Source: Alphaproteobacteria bacterium (GTDB taxonomy: Bacteria > Pseudomonadota > Alphaproteobacteria > SMXQ01). Taken from it: a stretch of 49,647 nucleotides of DNA. The stretch lies in contig CAXRES010000059.1 in NCBI GenBank assembly GCA_964229575.1, positions 1 through 49,647 on the forward strand, given 5' to 3'. This document shows, piece after piece, positions 39,826 to 49,647 of this stretch. A program made the position numbers and the translations under genes. Under the pieces are notes generated by a model. It saw only the letters and a program-made list of their open reading frames with translations. It had not been told where the DNA came from and ran no database searches. Position 1 is the stretch's first letter. Each line of letters opens with the position of its first letter.

Positions 39826-40842
39826 ATGACCATTCTGATCGGCTCGATCCGCCTAGACGATCCGGTGATCCTGGCGCCCATGTCGGGGGTCACGGACCTG
39901 CCGTTCCGCCGTCTTGTCAAAAGGCAGGGGGCGGGACTGGTGGTGTCCGAAATGATCGCGAGCCAGGCGATGGTTCGCGAGACGCGCCAGTCGCTCAAGA
40001 TGGGCGAAACGGGCCCTGAGGAATTCCCGATGGCCGTGCAGCTTGCCGGCTGCGAGCCCGAAGTGGTGGCCGAGGCGGCGCGGCTCAACGCCGACCGCGG
40101 CGCCGCCATCATCGACCTCAACATGGGCTGCCCGGTGAAAAAGGTGGTCAACAAGCAGGCCGGTTCGGCGCTGATGCGCGATCCGGCGCTGATCGGGCGC
40201 ATCGTGGCGGCGGCGGCGAAGGCGGTGGCGCTGCCGATCACGGTCAAGATGCGCATGGGCTGGGACGAGGCGAGCCTGAACGCGCCCGAGGTCGCGCGCA
40301 TCGCCGAAGACGCCGGCGCGCGAATGATCACCGTGCACGGCCGCACGCGCTGCCAGTTTTACGAAGGTCATGCCGATTGGGCTTTCGTGCGCCGGGTCAA
40401 GGAGGCGGTGCGGATTCCCGTCGTCGTCAACGGCGACATCCGCGCGGCCGAGGATGCCCGCGCCGCGCTCGACGCTTCCGGCGCGGACGGGGTGATGATC
40501 GGTCGCGGCGCCTGCGGCCGGCCGTGGTTCCTGCGCCAGGTAGCACACTTTCTCAAGACCGGCGGGCATCTTGTCGCGCCGTCCCCGGCGGAACGCGGCG
40601 ACATCGCGCTCGGCCATTTCGACGATATGCTTGCGCATCACGGCAACCATCGCGGCGTGCGCATGGCGCGCAAGCACCTCGGCTGGTATGCGGCAGGGCT
40701 CGCCGACGCGGCGCGTTTTCGCGCCGAGGTCAACCGCCTGGACGATCCCGTGGCGGTGATCGCGCTGGTGCGCAGCTTCTTCGCGGACGCTGGGCCGTCC
40801 CGGGACGACGAATTGCCCGAAGTCGGGGCGGAGGCCGCATGA
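39826..40842 (+). CDS. dusB: tRNA-dihydrouridine synthase B (NifR3)
   Basis: 338 aa with [13 protein letters not shown] and [11 protein letters not shown]. Holds the conserved position upstream of ntrBC. Confidence 0.92.
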   Translation: MTILIGSIRLDDPVILAPMSGVTDLPFRRLVKRQGAGLVVSEMIASQAMVRETRQSLKMGETGPEEFPMAVQLAGCEPEVVAEAARLNADRGAAIIDLNMGCPVKKVVNKQAGSALMRDPALIGRIVAAAAKAVALPITVKMRMGWDEASLNAPEVARIAEDAGARMITVHGRTRCQFYEGHADWAFVRRVKEAVRIPVVVNGDIRAAEDARAALDASGADGVMIGRGACGRPWFLRQVAHFLKTGGHLVAPSPAERGDIALGHFDDMLAHHGNHRGVRMARKHLGWYAAGLADAARFRAEVNRLDDPVAVIALVRSFFADAGPSRDDELPEVGAEAA

Positions 40843-41958
40843 CTCTCAAACTCGTCAGGAAGCCGGGCGGTAGCGCGGGCGGATACGACGGGCGATTCGA
40901 AACCGTGCTCAATGCGCTGGCCGATCCGGTGCTGGTGCTGGATGCCGAGGGCGGGATCGAATACGTCAACCTTGCCGCCGAGCAGTTCTTCGACGCGAGC
41001 CAGACATGGCTCTGCGAACGCGCTCTCAGCGACCTCATTCCCGGCGACAGCCCGGTCTTCGCCATGATCGAACAGGTGCGCGCCGCCGGTTCCAGCCTGT
41101 CGGAATACGGCGTGACGCTGGAAACGCCGCGCATCGGCTCGCGCCTCGTCACCCTCCAGGTGGCGCCGATCGCCGACGATCCCGGCGCCGTGGTCGTGTC
41201 GTTTCACGACCGCTCCATCGCCTCGAAGATGACGCGCCAGATGAACAGCCGCAATGCCGCGCGCTCGGTCACGGGCATGGCCGCCGTCCTCGCCCATGAG
41301 GTGAAGACTCCGTTGTCGGGCATCCGCGGCGCGGCGCAACTGCTCGAGACCGGGGTCAGCGCCGAGGATCGCAAGCTGACCCGCCTGATCTGCGACGAAA
41401 CCGACCGCATCTGCGCGCTGGTCGACCGCATGGAGGTCTTTTCCGATCACCCGTTCATCGAGCGCGGTCCGGTCAACATTCACCAGGTGCTGGAGCATGT
41501 GCGGGAACTGGCGAAGAACGGCTTCGCCCGGCATGTCCGCTTCAAGGAACGCTACGATCCGTCGCTGCCCGCGGTGGCGGGCGACCGCGACCAGCTGATC
41601 CAGGTCTTTCTCAACCTCGTGAAGAACGCCGCCGAGGCGGCGCCCAGGGTCGGGGGCGAAGTGACGCTGACTACCGGCTACCAGATCGGCCTGCGCCTGG
41701 CCCAGCCCGGCGCGACGCGGCGCACGCAGCTGCCGCTGCTCGTCACCGTGGAAGACAACGGCGAGGGCATCCCGGAAGACCTGCGCCCGCACCTGTTCGA
41801 TCCCTTCGTCACCACCAAGGCGGGGGGCACCGGCCTCGGGCTGCCGCTGGTGGCGAAGATCATCGGCGATCACGGCGGCATCATCGAATTCACCAGCGAA
41901 CCCGGCCATACGGTATTCCGGGTCTATCTCCCCGTGTATGTGGGGCCGGAGGAAAAGA

Positions 41959-41966
<8 letters not shown>
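40839..41966 (+). CDS. ntrB: Nitrogen regulation sensor histidine kinase NtrB
   Basis: ATG 40839 overlaps the dusB stop (ATGA). Has a PAS segment, the H-box [17 protein letters not shown], and N/G boxes. Confidence 0.88.
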
Positions 41967-43407
<1,441 letters not shown>

Positions 43408-43491
43408 CGCCCGGCCCGGGGCCGCCGCGGTCCCGGGCGTTTGCGTCCGCAAACCGAAACCGAGCGGGACGGGCGGTTACGAGCGAGCAAG

Positions 43492-45774
43492 ATGACGGAA
43501 AGCGTCGCGGAGAACCTTCCCTCGAAAATCGTGCGCGTTCTGCGCTGGGCGGACAGGGTCCGGCTCGCGGACAAGGCGGCCGTGGCGCTTGCCATCGCCG
43601 CGGCTCTTTCGGGCTTCGCCACCTACGTCGCCTTTACCCAGCCGAGCGGCGAGGAGTCCCGTGCGACGGCCGTGGTGCAGTGGTTACTTTACATCGACCT
43701 CGCGCTCCTGCTGCTGCTCGGGCTGCTGGTCGTCCGGCGCATGGTGCAGGTCTGGTTCGAAAGGCGGCGTGGTTCGGCCGGCTCGCGCCTTCATATCCGG
43801 CTGGTGGGTCTGTTCAGCCTGGTGGCCGTCGCGCCGGCGATCATCGTCGCGGTGTTTTCCACCGTCGTGCTCAATTTCGGCCTGCAGAACTGGTTCAGCG
43901 AAAGGGTGCGTACGGCGGTCAACGAATCCCAGGCGGTCGCCGAATCGTACCTGCTCGAACATCGGCGCAACATCGCCGGCGACATCCTGGCCATGGCCAA
44001 CGACGTCAACCGTCAGGTGCCGTTGATGGCGCCCGATCTGCGCGAGTTGAGCGGTTTTCTCGAATTCCAGGCGCAGGTGCGAAATCTGTCCGAGGCCATC
44101 GTCTTCAACGGCAGCGGCAACGTGCTCGGCCGGTCGCGGCTGAGCTTCACGCTGGCCTTCGAGCGAGCCCCCGATTTGGCTATCACCCAGGCCCGCCAGG
44201 GGGGCATCGTCTGGCTCGAATCGGAGAGCGACGACCGTCTGCGCGCGCTGGTCGCGCTCACGGCCGTTCCCGACGGATTTCTGCTGGTCGGTCGTTTCGT
44301 CGATCCCAGGGTTCTCGAGCGCATCGAACAGACCCGGTCGGCCGCTTCGTCGTACCGGGACCTCGAGCAGATGCGAAACGACCTGCAACTGCTCTATGCG
44401 GCGATCTTCGTCATCGTCGCGCTGCTGCTGCTGTTTGTCGCCGTATGGATCGGGCTGACTTTCGCCAACCGTCTGGCGCGGCCCATTGCCTCGCTCGCCG
44501 GTGCCGCCGAACGCGTGCGTGCGGGCGACCTCACGGCGCGGGTCGAGGAGGGCGACGAGCGCGACGATATCGGCGTGCTGACGCGCGCCTTCAACCGGAT
44601 GGCGAGCCAGCTCGAAAGCCAGCGCGGCGAACTGGTCGACGCCAACCGCATGATCGACAACCGCCGCCGGTTCATCGAGGCCGTGCTGCTGGGCGTGTCG
44701 GCGGGCATCATCGGTCTCGACGGCGAGGGCCGGATCAACTTTCCCAATGCAACGGCTTCCGAACTGCTGGCGAGCGACCTGCGCGAGGCCATCGGCCGGC
44801 CGATCGCCGACTTCGTCCCGGAAATGGACGAGCTTCTGGCCGAATCGCGCGACAATCCGGGGCAGCCCCAGGAACGGCAGATCGAGATCCAGAGGCGCGG
44901 GCGCTTGCGCACGCTGCTGGTGCGCGTCACCGCGGAGTTCGAGGGCGGGGACGTGCGCGGCTATGTGGTGACCTTCGACGACGTCACCGAGCTGATCTCG
45001 GCCCAGCGCAAGGCCGCATGGTCGGATGTCGCGCGGCGGCTTGCGCACGAAATCAAGAATCCCCTGACGCCGATCCAGCTTGCCGCCGAACGCCTGCGCC
45101 GGCGCTACCTGTCGGAAGTGAAATCGGATCCGGCGACGTTTTCGCTCTGCGTCGACACCATCATCCGGCAGGTGGGCGACATCGGCAACATGATCTCGGA
45201 ATTCTCGAATTTCGCGCGCATGCCTGCGCCGGAACTGGATACCAGGGAAATCGTCCGCATCGTCAGGCAGGCGGCGTTCCTGCAGCGCAATGCCAAGTCG
45301 GACATCGATTTCGACATCAACCTGCCCGAGGGCGAAGTGACGCTGATGTGCGACGAGCGTCAGTTGACGCAGGCGCTGACCAACCTCATGCAGAACGCCG
45401 CCGATTCGATTCAGAGCCGCGCCAAGGCGGAAGCCAAGGCCGGAAACGCCTACAAGGGCCGGATCGGCGTCACCCTCCGGACAGGTGAGGACCGGGTCGA
45501 GATCGTCGTGGAAGACAACGGCATCGGCCTGCCCAAGGGGCTCGACCGCGACATCACCGAGCCCTACGTCACGACCCGGCCGGAAGGCACCGGACTGGGG
45601 CTTGCCATCGTGCGCAAGATTATGGAGGATCACGGCGGCGAGTTGAGTTTAGAAGACCGTGAGGAGGGCGGGGCAAGGGTAAGCCTTCTCTTCCGAACAT
45701 CAGGTCCGCAGCGCGGCGCGCGGCGGAAACAAGAAGACAACGACGAAGCAGGCCTGAAAACGGCGAGCCAATGA
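43492..45774 (+). CDS. ntrY: Sensor histidine kinase NtrY
   Basis: Has N-terminal TM helices, a HAMP domain, a PAS domain, the H-box HEIKNPLTPI, and an ATPase domain. ATG 43492 is preferred over TTG 43441. Confidence 0.88.
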   Translation: MTESVAENLPSKIVRVLRWADRVRLADKAAVALAIAAALSGFATYVAFTQPSGEESRATAVVQWLLYIDLALLLLLGLLVVRRMVQVWFERRRGSAGSRLHIRLVGLFSLVAVAPAIIVAVFSTVVLNFGLQNWFSERVRTAVNESQAVAESYLLEHRRNIAGDILAMANDVNRQVPLMAPDLRELSGFLEFQAQVRNLSEAIVFNGSGNVLGRSRLSFTLAFERAPDLAITQARQGGIVWLESESDDRLRALVALTAVPDGFLLVGRFVDPRVLERIEQTRSAASSYRDLEQMRNDLQLLYAAIFVIVALLLLFVAVWIGLTFANRLARPIASLAGAAERVRAGDLTARVEEGDERDDIGVLTRAFNRMASQLESQRGELVDANRMIDNRRRFIEAVLLGVSAGIIGLDGEGRINFPNATASELLASDLREAIGRPIADFVPEMDELLAESRDNPGQPQERQIEIQRRGRLRTLLVRVTAEFEGGDVRGYVVTFDDVTELISAQRKAAWSDVARRLAHEIKNPLTPIQLAAERLRRRYLSEVKSDPATFSLCVDTIIRQVGDIGNMISEFSNFARMPAPELDTREIVRIVRQAAFLQRNAKSDIDFDINLPEGEVTLMCDERQLTQALTNLMQNAADSIQSRAKAEAKAGNAYKGRIGVTLRTGEDRVEIVVEDNGIGLPKGLDRDITEPYVTTRPEGTGLGLAIVRKIMEDHGGELSLEDREEGGARVSLLFRTSGPQRGARRKQEDNDEAGLKTASQ

Positions 45775-47162
45775 ATCATGACATTCTTGTCGTAGACGAT
45801 GAAGTCGACATCCGGCTTCTGATCTCCGGTGTCCTCAAGGACGAAGGCTACACGACGCGGGAAGTCGCCGACGCCGAAACGGCGCTTCAGGAGATAGACG
45901 CGCGAAAGCCGTCTCTGGCCATCCTCGACGTCTGGCTGCAGGGCAGCAAGATCGACGGGCTGGAACTGCTCACGATCGTCAAGACGCAGTATCCGGAAAT
46001 TCCCGTGGTGGTGATTTCCGGCCACGGCAACATCGAGACCGCGGTCGCCGCCATCAAGCGGGGCGCCTACGACTACATCGAGAAGCCGTTCAAGACCGAC
46101 CGGCTGTTGCTGGTCGTGGCGCGCGCCATCGAGGCGGCCCGGCTAAAGCGCGAGAACATCGACTTGCGCCAGCGCGCGGGCGACGTGCTGATGATCGGCG
46201 AATCGCCGGCGATGCGCGACGTGCGTGCCGCCATTGCCCGTGTCGCGCCGACCAATTCGCGGGTTCTGATCACCGGCCCGGCGGGCGCCGGCAAGGAGGT
46301 CGTCGCCCGCATGATCCACGCCGAAAGCCCGCGCGCCAACGAGCCGTTCGTCGCCATCAATTGCGCGAGCATGCGGCCTGACCGGCTGGAGATCGAACTG
46401 TTCGGCGCGGAAGCCGGGATCGAGGGCCCGGACCTGCCGCGTCATCCGGGCGTGTTCGAGCACGCCCACAAGGGCACGCTGTTTCTCGACGAGGTCGCGG
46501 ATATGCCGATCGAGACGCAGGGCAAGATCGTCCGCGTCCTTCAGGAGCAGACCTTCGAGCGCGTCGGCGGGGCGAACCGGATCGAGGTCGACGTGCGCGT
46601 GATCGCCGCCACCAGCCGCAACCTGGAAGACTTGATCAGGGAAGGTCATTTCCGGGAAGATCTCTACTACCGGCTCAATGTCGTGCCGATCCAGGTGCCG
46701 CCGCTGAAGGCGCGCCGCGAAGACATTCCCGAACTGGTGGCTTACTTCATGGCGCGCTCGGCGCGATCCTCGGGCCTGGCCGAACGGCGCGTCGGCGACG
46801 ACGCGCTCGCCGCGCTGCAGGGTTACGATTGGCCCGGCAACGTGCGCCAGTTGCGCAACGTCGTCGAATGGCTGCTGATCATGGCGCCGGGCGACGAAAG
46901 CGGCGTCATCCATGCCGATTCTTTGCCGCCCGATCTGCTGGAAACGGCGCCCCGCACGATCCGCGGCACCGCGGCCGATGAAATCATGGGGCTGGATTTG
47001 CGTTCGGCCCGCGAGATTTTCGAGCGCGAATATCTTTCGGCCCAGCTCAATCGGTTCGGCGGCAACATCTCGAAGACCGCGGAATTCATCGGGATGGAGC
47101 GTTCCGCGCTGCATCGCAAGCTCAAATCCTTGGGGCTTGGCGGCAGCGATGGAGGGAAGTAA
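45771..47162 (+). CDS. ntrX: Response regulator NtrX
   Basis: Has a receiver domain, an AAA+ domain (GPAGAGKE) without a GAFTGA loop, and a C-terminal HTH. Overlaps the ntrY stop. Confidence 0.88.
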   Translation: MNHDILVVDDEVDIRLLISGVLKDEGYTTREVADAETALQEIDARKPSLAILDVWLQGSKIDGLELLTIVKTQYPEIPVVVISGHGNIETAVAAIKRGAYDYIEKPFKTDRLLLVVARAIEAARLKRENIDLRQRAGDVLMIGESPAMRDVRAAIARVAPTNSRVLITGPAGAGKEVVARMIHAESPRANEPFVAINCASMRPDRLEIELFGAEAGIEGPDLPRHPGVFEHAHKGTLFLDEVADMPIETQGKIVRVLQEQTFERVGGANRIEVDVRVIAATSRNLEDLIREGHFREDLYYRLNVVPIQVPPLKARREDIPELVAYFMARSARSSGLAERRVGDDALAALQGYDWPGNVRQLRNVVEWLLIMAPGDESGVIHADSLPPDLLETAPRTIRGTAADEIMGLDLRSAREIFEREYLSAQLNRFGGNISKTAEFIGMERSALHRKLKSLGLGGSDGGK

Positions 47163-47289
47163 GAATATCGGGTCGGTTCCCGGTCCGGCGACCCCGGCCG
47201 CAAGGTGCGGCGGGAGCGGAACTCAAGGAGGTCTTCGGCATGGGGCCTCTGGCAAACGGCCGAAATACGGCCAGACAAACGGATAGATC

Positions 47290-48666
47290 ATGAAAGTCAT
47301 CGTCTGCGGGGCGGGCCTGGTCGGCACCAGCATCGTTCGCCATCTGGTGGCCGAAGGCAACGACGTCACCGTCATCGATCAGTCGGCGGAGCTGATCCGC
47401 AAGATCGGTGATTCGATGGACGTCAAGGCGATGGAGGGCCACGCCTCGCACCCCGATGTCCTGGAAAGCGCCGGCGCCGGCGAAGCGGACATGATCGTCG
47501 CCGTGACCTATTCCGACGAGGTCAACATGGTGGCCTGCCAGGTGGCGCATTCGCTGTTCGAGGTTCCGACCAAGATCGCCCGCGTCCGTCACCAGAGCTA
47601 CCTCAACCCGATCTGGGCCGATCTGTTCAGCCGCGATCACATGCCGATCGACGTGATCATTTCGCCGGAAATCGAGGTCGGCCGCGCGATTTCCAGGCGG
47701 CTTCATGTGCCGGGCGCCTTCGATACCATCCCGCTGGCCGACGGCGTCGTTCAATTGCTCGGCGTGCGCTGCGACGACGATTGTCCGTTGCTGAATACGC
47801 CGCTGCGCCAGTTGACCGAACTGTTCCCCGATCTGCACATGACCATCGTCGCCATCGTGCGCGGCGGCAAGGGCTTCGTCCCGTCCTCGTCCGACCACAT
47901 GCTGTCGGGCGACGAGGTGTATTTCGTCTGCGAAACCGTGCAGGTCGCGCGCGTCATGTCCGCGTTCGGCCATGAAGAGCCCGAGGCCCGCCGCATCATC
48001 ATCCTGGGCGGCGGCAACATCGGCAGCTATCTCGCCCATGAGATCGAAGAGCATCGCCCCGGCGTCAGCGCGCGCATCATCGAATTCAACAAGGAGCGCG
48101 CCCATGCCGCGGCCCAGGGCCTGTCGCGCACGGTGGTGCTGCACGGCGATGCGCTGGACCCGGAAATCCTCGAGGAAGCCAATGTCGGCATCGCCGAAGC
48201 GGTGATCGCGGTGACCAATGACGACGAGGTCAACATCCTCGCTTCGCTGCTGGCCAAGCGGTTCGGCGCGAAGAAGGCGATGACCCTAATCAACAATCCG
48301 ACCTATTCGCCGCTCATCACCACGCTCGGCATCGACGTCGTGGTCAGCCCGCGCGCGATCACCGTTTCCACCATTCTCCAGCACATCCGCCGCGGTCGCA
48401 TCCGCGCCGCCCATGCCGTCCACGAGGACTTCGGCGAGATCATGGAAGGCGAGGCGCTTGAGACGTCCTCGCTGGTCGGCACCGCGATCCGCGACCTCGA
48501 TCTGCCCGACGGCTCGCTGATCGGCGCCATCATCCGGGACGGCAAGGTGATCACGCCGACCGGCGCTACGGTCATCAAGGCCCGCGACCGGGTGATCCTT
48601 TTCGCCGAAACCGAGGCGGTGAAGAAGATCGAGCGGATGTTCGCCGTCAGCCTCGAGTTCTTCTAG
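47290..48666 (+). CDS. trkA: Trk system potassium uptake protein TrkA
   Basis: 458 aa with two Rossmann NAD-binding/RCK repeats (MKVIVCGAGLVG and IIILGGGNIG). Confidence 0.92.
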   Translation: MKVIVCGAGLVGTSIVRHLVAEGNDVTVIDQSAELIRKIGDSMDVKAMEGHASHPDVLESAGAGEADMIVAVTYSDEVNMVACQVAHSLFEVPTKIARVRHQSYLNPIWADLFSRDHMPIDVIISPEIEVGRAISRRLHVPGAFDTIPLADGVVQLLGVRCDDDCPLLNTPLRQLTELFPDLHMTIVAIVRGGKGFVPSSSDHMLSGDEVYFVCETVQVARVMSAFGHEEPEARRIIILGGGNIGSYLAHEIEEHRPGVSARIIEFNKERAHAAAQGLSRTVVLHGDALDPEILEEANVGIAEAVIAVTNDDEVNILASLLAKRFGAKKAMTLINNPTYSPLITTLGIDVVVSPRAITVSTILQHIRRGRIRAAHAVHEDFGEIMEGEALETSSLVGTAIRDLDLPDGSLIGAIIRDGKVITPTGATVIKARDRVILFAETEAVKKIERMFAVSLEFF

Positions 48667-48682
48667 GCCGAGCCCTTTTCCC

Positions 48683-49552
48683 ATGTCCCGCATCGCTTAC
48701 GTCAACGGCCGTTACGTCCCGCATCGGCGCGCCGCCGTGCATATAGAGGACCGCGGCTACCAGTTCGCCGACGGCGTCTACGAGGTGATCGCCGTGCAGG
48801 GCGGCCGCCTCATCGATCGCGGGCCGCATCTGGCGCGCCTTGCCCGTTCGCTTTCCGAACTCGCCATTCCGCGGCCGATGTCGGAGCGGGCGCTCTGCCA
48901 TATCCTGGCGGAAGTGGTGCGGCGCAACCGGGTCGTCGACGGCATGGTCTATCTGCAGGTGACCCGCGGCATCGCGCCGCGCGATCACGCCTGGCGTGAA
49001 GGCCTGCGGCCGGCCGTGGTGGCGACGGCAAAACCGTCGAAGGGTCCGCCCGCCGAAGCGCGGGAGAGGGGCGTGCGCGTGGTCACGCGGCCCGATCTGC
49101 GCTGGAAGCGCTGCGACATCAAGACTACGGCCCTGCTGGCCAACGTGCTGGCCAAGCAGGCGGCGCGCGAGGCGGGCGCCTTCGAGGCGCTGTTCGTCGA
49201 CGAACGCGGGCTGGTCACGGAAGGCAGTTCGACCAATGCCTGGATCGTGACGAGGAAGGGCGAGCTGCTGACCCGACCGCCTTCTCCGGAGATCCTCAAC
49301 GGCATCACCCGCCAGGCGGTGATCGCGCTTGCGGCCAGGGCGGGCCTGCGTTTTTTCGAGCGCAGCTTCAGCCTCAAAGAAGCCAAGGCGGCGGCCGAGG
49401 CCTTTCTCACCTCGACCACGGCATTCGTCGTGCCGGTGATCGCCATCGACGGCGCCAGGATCGGCGACGGCAGGCCGGGTCCGTTCACGCGCAGGCTCGG
49501 GGCGGAATACCACGACTACGTCGGGCGCGTCGCCGCGGGTGGGCGGAAATGA
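48683..49552 (+). CDS. dat: D-amino-acid (class IV) aminotransferase
   Basis: 289 aa. EDRGYQFADGVYEVI and the later fold-type IV pattern are present. Confidence 0.8.
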   Translation: MSRIAYVNGRYVPHRRAAVHIEDRGYQFADGVYEVIAVQGGRLIDRGPHLARLARSLSELAIPRPMSERALCHILAEVVRRNRVVDGMVYLQVTRGIAPRDHAWREGLRPAVVATAKPSKGPPAEARERGVRVVTRPDLRWKRCDIKTTALLANVLAKQAAREAGAFEALFVDERGLVTEGSSTNAWIVTRKGELLTRPPSPEILNGITRQAVIALAARAGLRFFERSFSLKEAKAAAEAFLTSTTAFVVPVIAIDGARIGDGRPGPFTRRLGAEYHDYVGRVAAGGRK

Positions 49553-49647
49553 GCCCGCCGCGTCTGCCGCGCCCCCGCGCCATTCTCCTCGACTGGGACA
49601 ACACCCTGGTGGACAACGGGCCGGCCATCCACGAGGCGCTGCACGCC
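49549..49647 (+). CDS. HAD-superfamily hydrolase, N-terminal fragment (runs off the right edge)
   Basis: ATG 49549 overlaps the previous stop (ATGA). ILLDWDNTLVD is HAD motif I (DxDxT). Confidence 0.6.
   Translation, partial: MSPPRLPRPRAILLDWDNTLVDNGPAIHEALHA

Overview
This window is a GC-rich chromosomal segment (roughly two-thirds G+C by eye, not computed). Its synteny is typical of Alphaproteobacteria. Most of it is conserved housekeeping:
- moeA-moaC-trpC-trpD-trpG (minus strand)
- trpE-ppiD (minus strand)
- tpiA-secG-pyrG-kdsA-eno-ftsB
- the pdhA-pdhB-pdhC-lpdA-lipA block, with the alphaproteobacterial lipoyl domain on PdhB
- a COQ10/RatA-like gene and a yaiI-like gene
- ispDF-pgpA-cinA (minus strand)
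- dusB(nifR3)-ntrB-ntrC-ntrY-ntrX-trkA, a class-IV aminotransferase, and a HAD hydrolase gene that runs off the right edge

Three stretches look accessory.
1. About 6.6 kb (4468-11041) sits between trpG and trpE. It carries a His-rich SilP/CopA-like P1B ATPase, a divergent polysaccharide deacetylase, a BON protein and a BT1-like transporter.
2. A copper island (27968-32568) encodes a Gly/Pro/Met/Trp-rich cupredoxin, a heavily structured 320-bp spacer with 3.5 tandem 26-bp palindromic units, a small secreted His/Cys protein, a CopI-like cupredoxin, and CopA (multicopper oxidase) and CopB. No copCD, copRS or cueR is present.
3. A mixed block (32647-36485) holds a secreted isochorismatase-like protein, a TSUP exporter, a lower-GC orphan AAA+/wHTH ATPase behind a strikingly AT-rich promoter, and a CPBP protease.

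The best leads are the repeat array with its two unusual upstream genes in the copper island, the orphan ATPase, and a cluster of 12 GANTC (CcrM-type) sites between eno and ftsB.

I found no rRNA, tRNA, CRISPR array, transposase or integrase. All protein calls rest on motifs recognised by eye in the supplied translations. No database search was possible, so nothing here can be claimed as novel without one.
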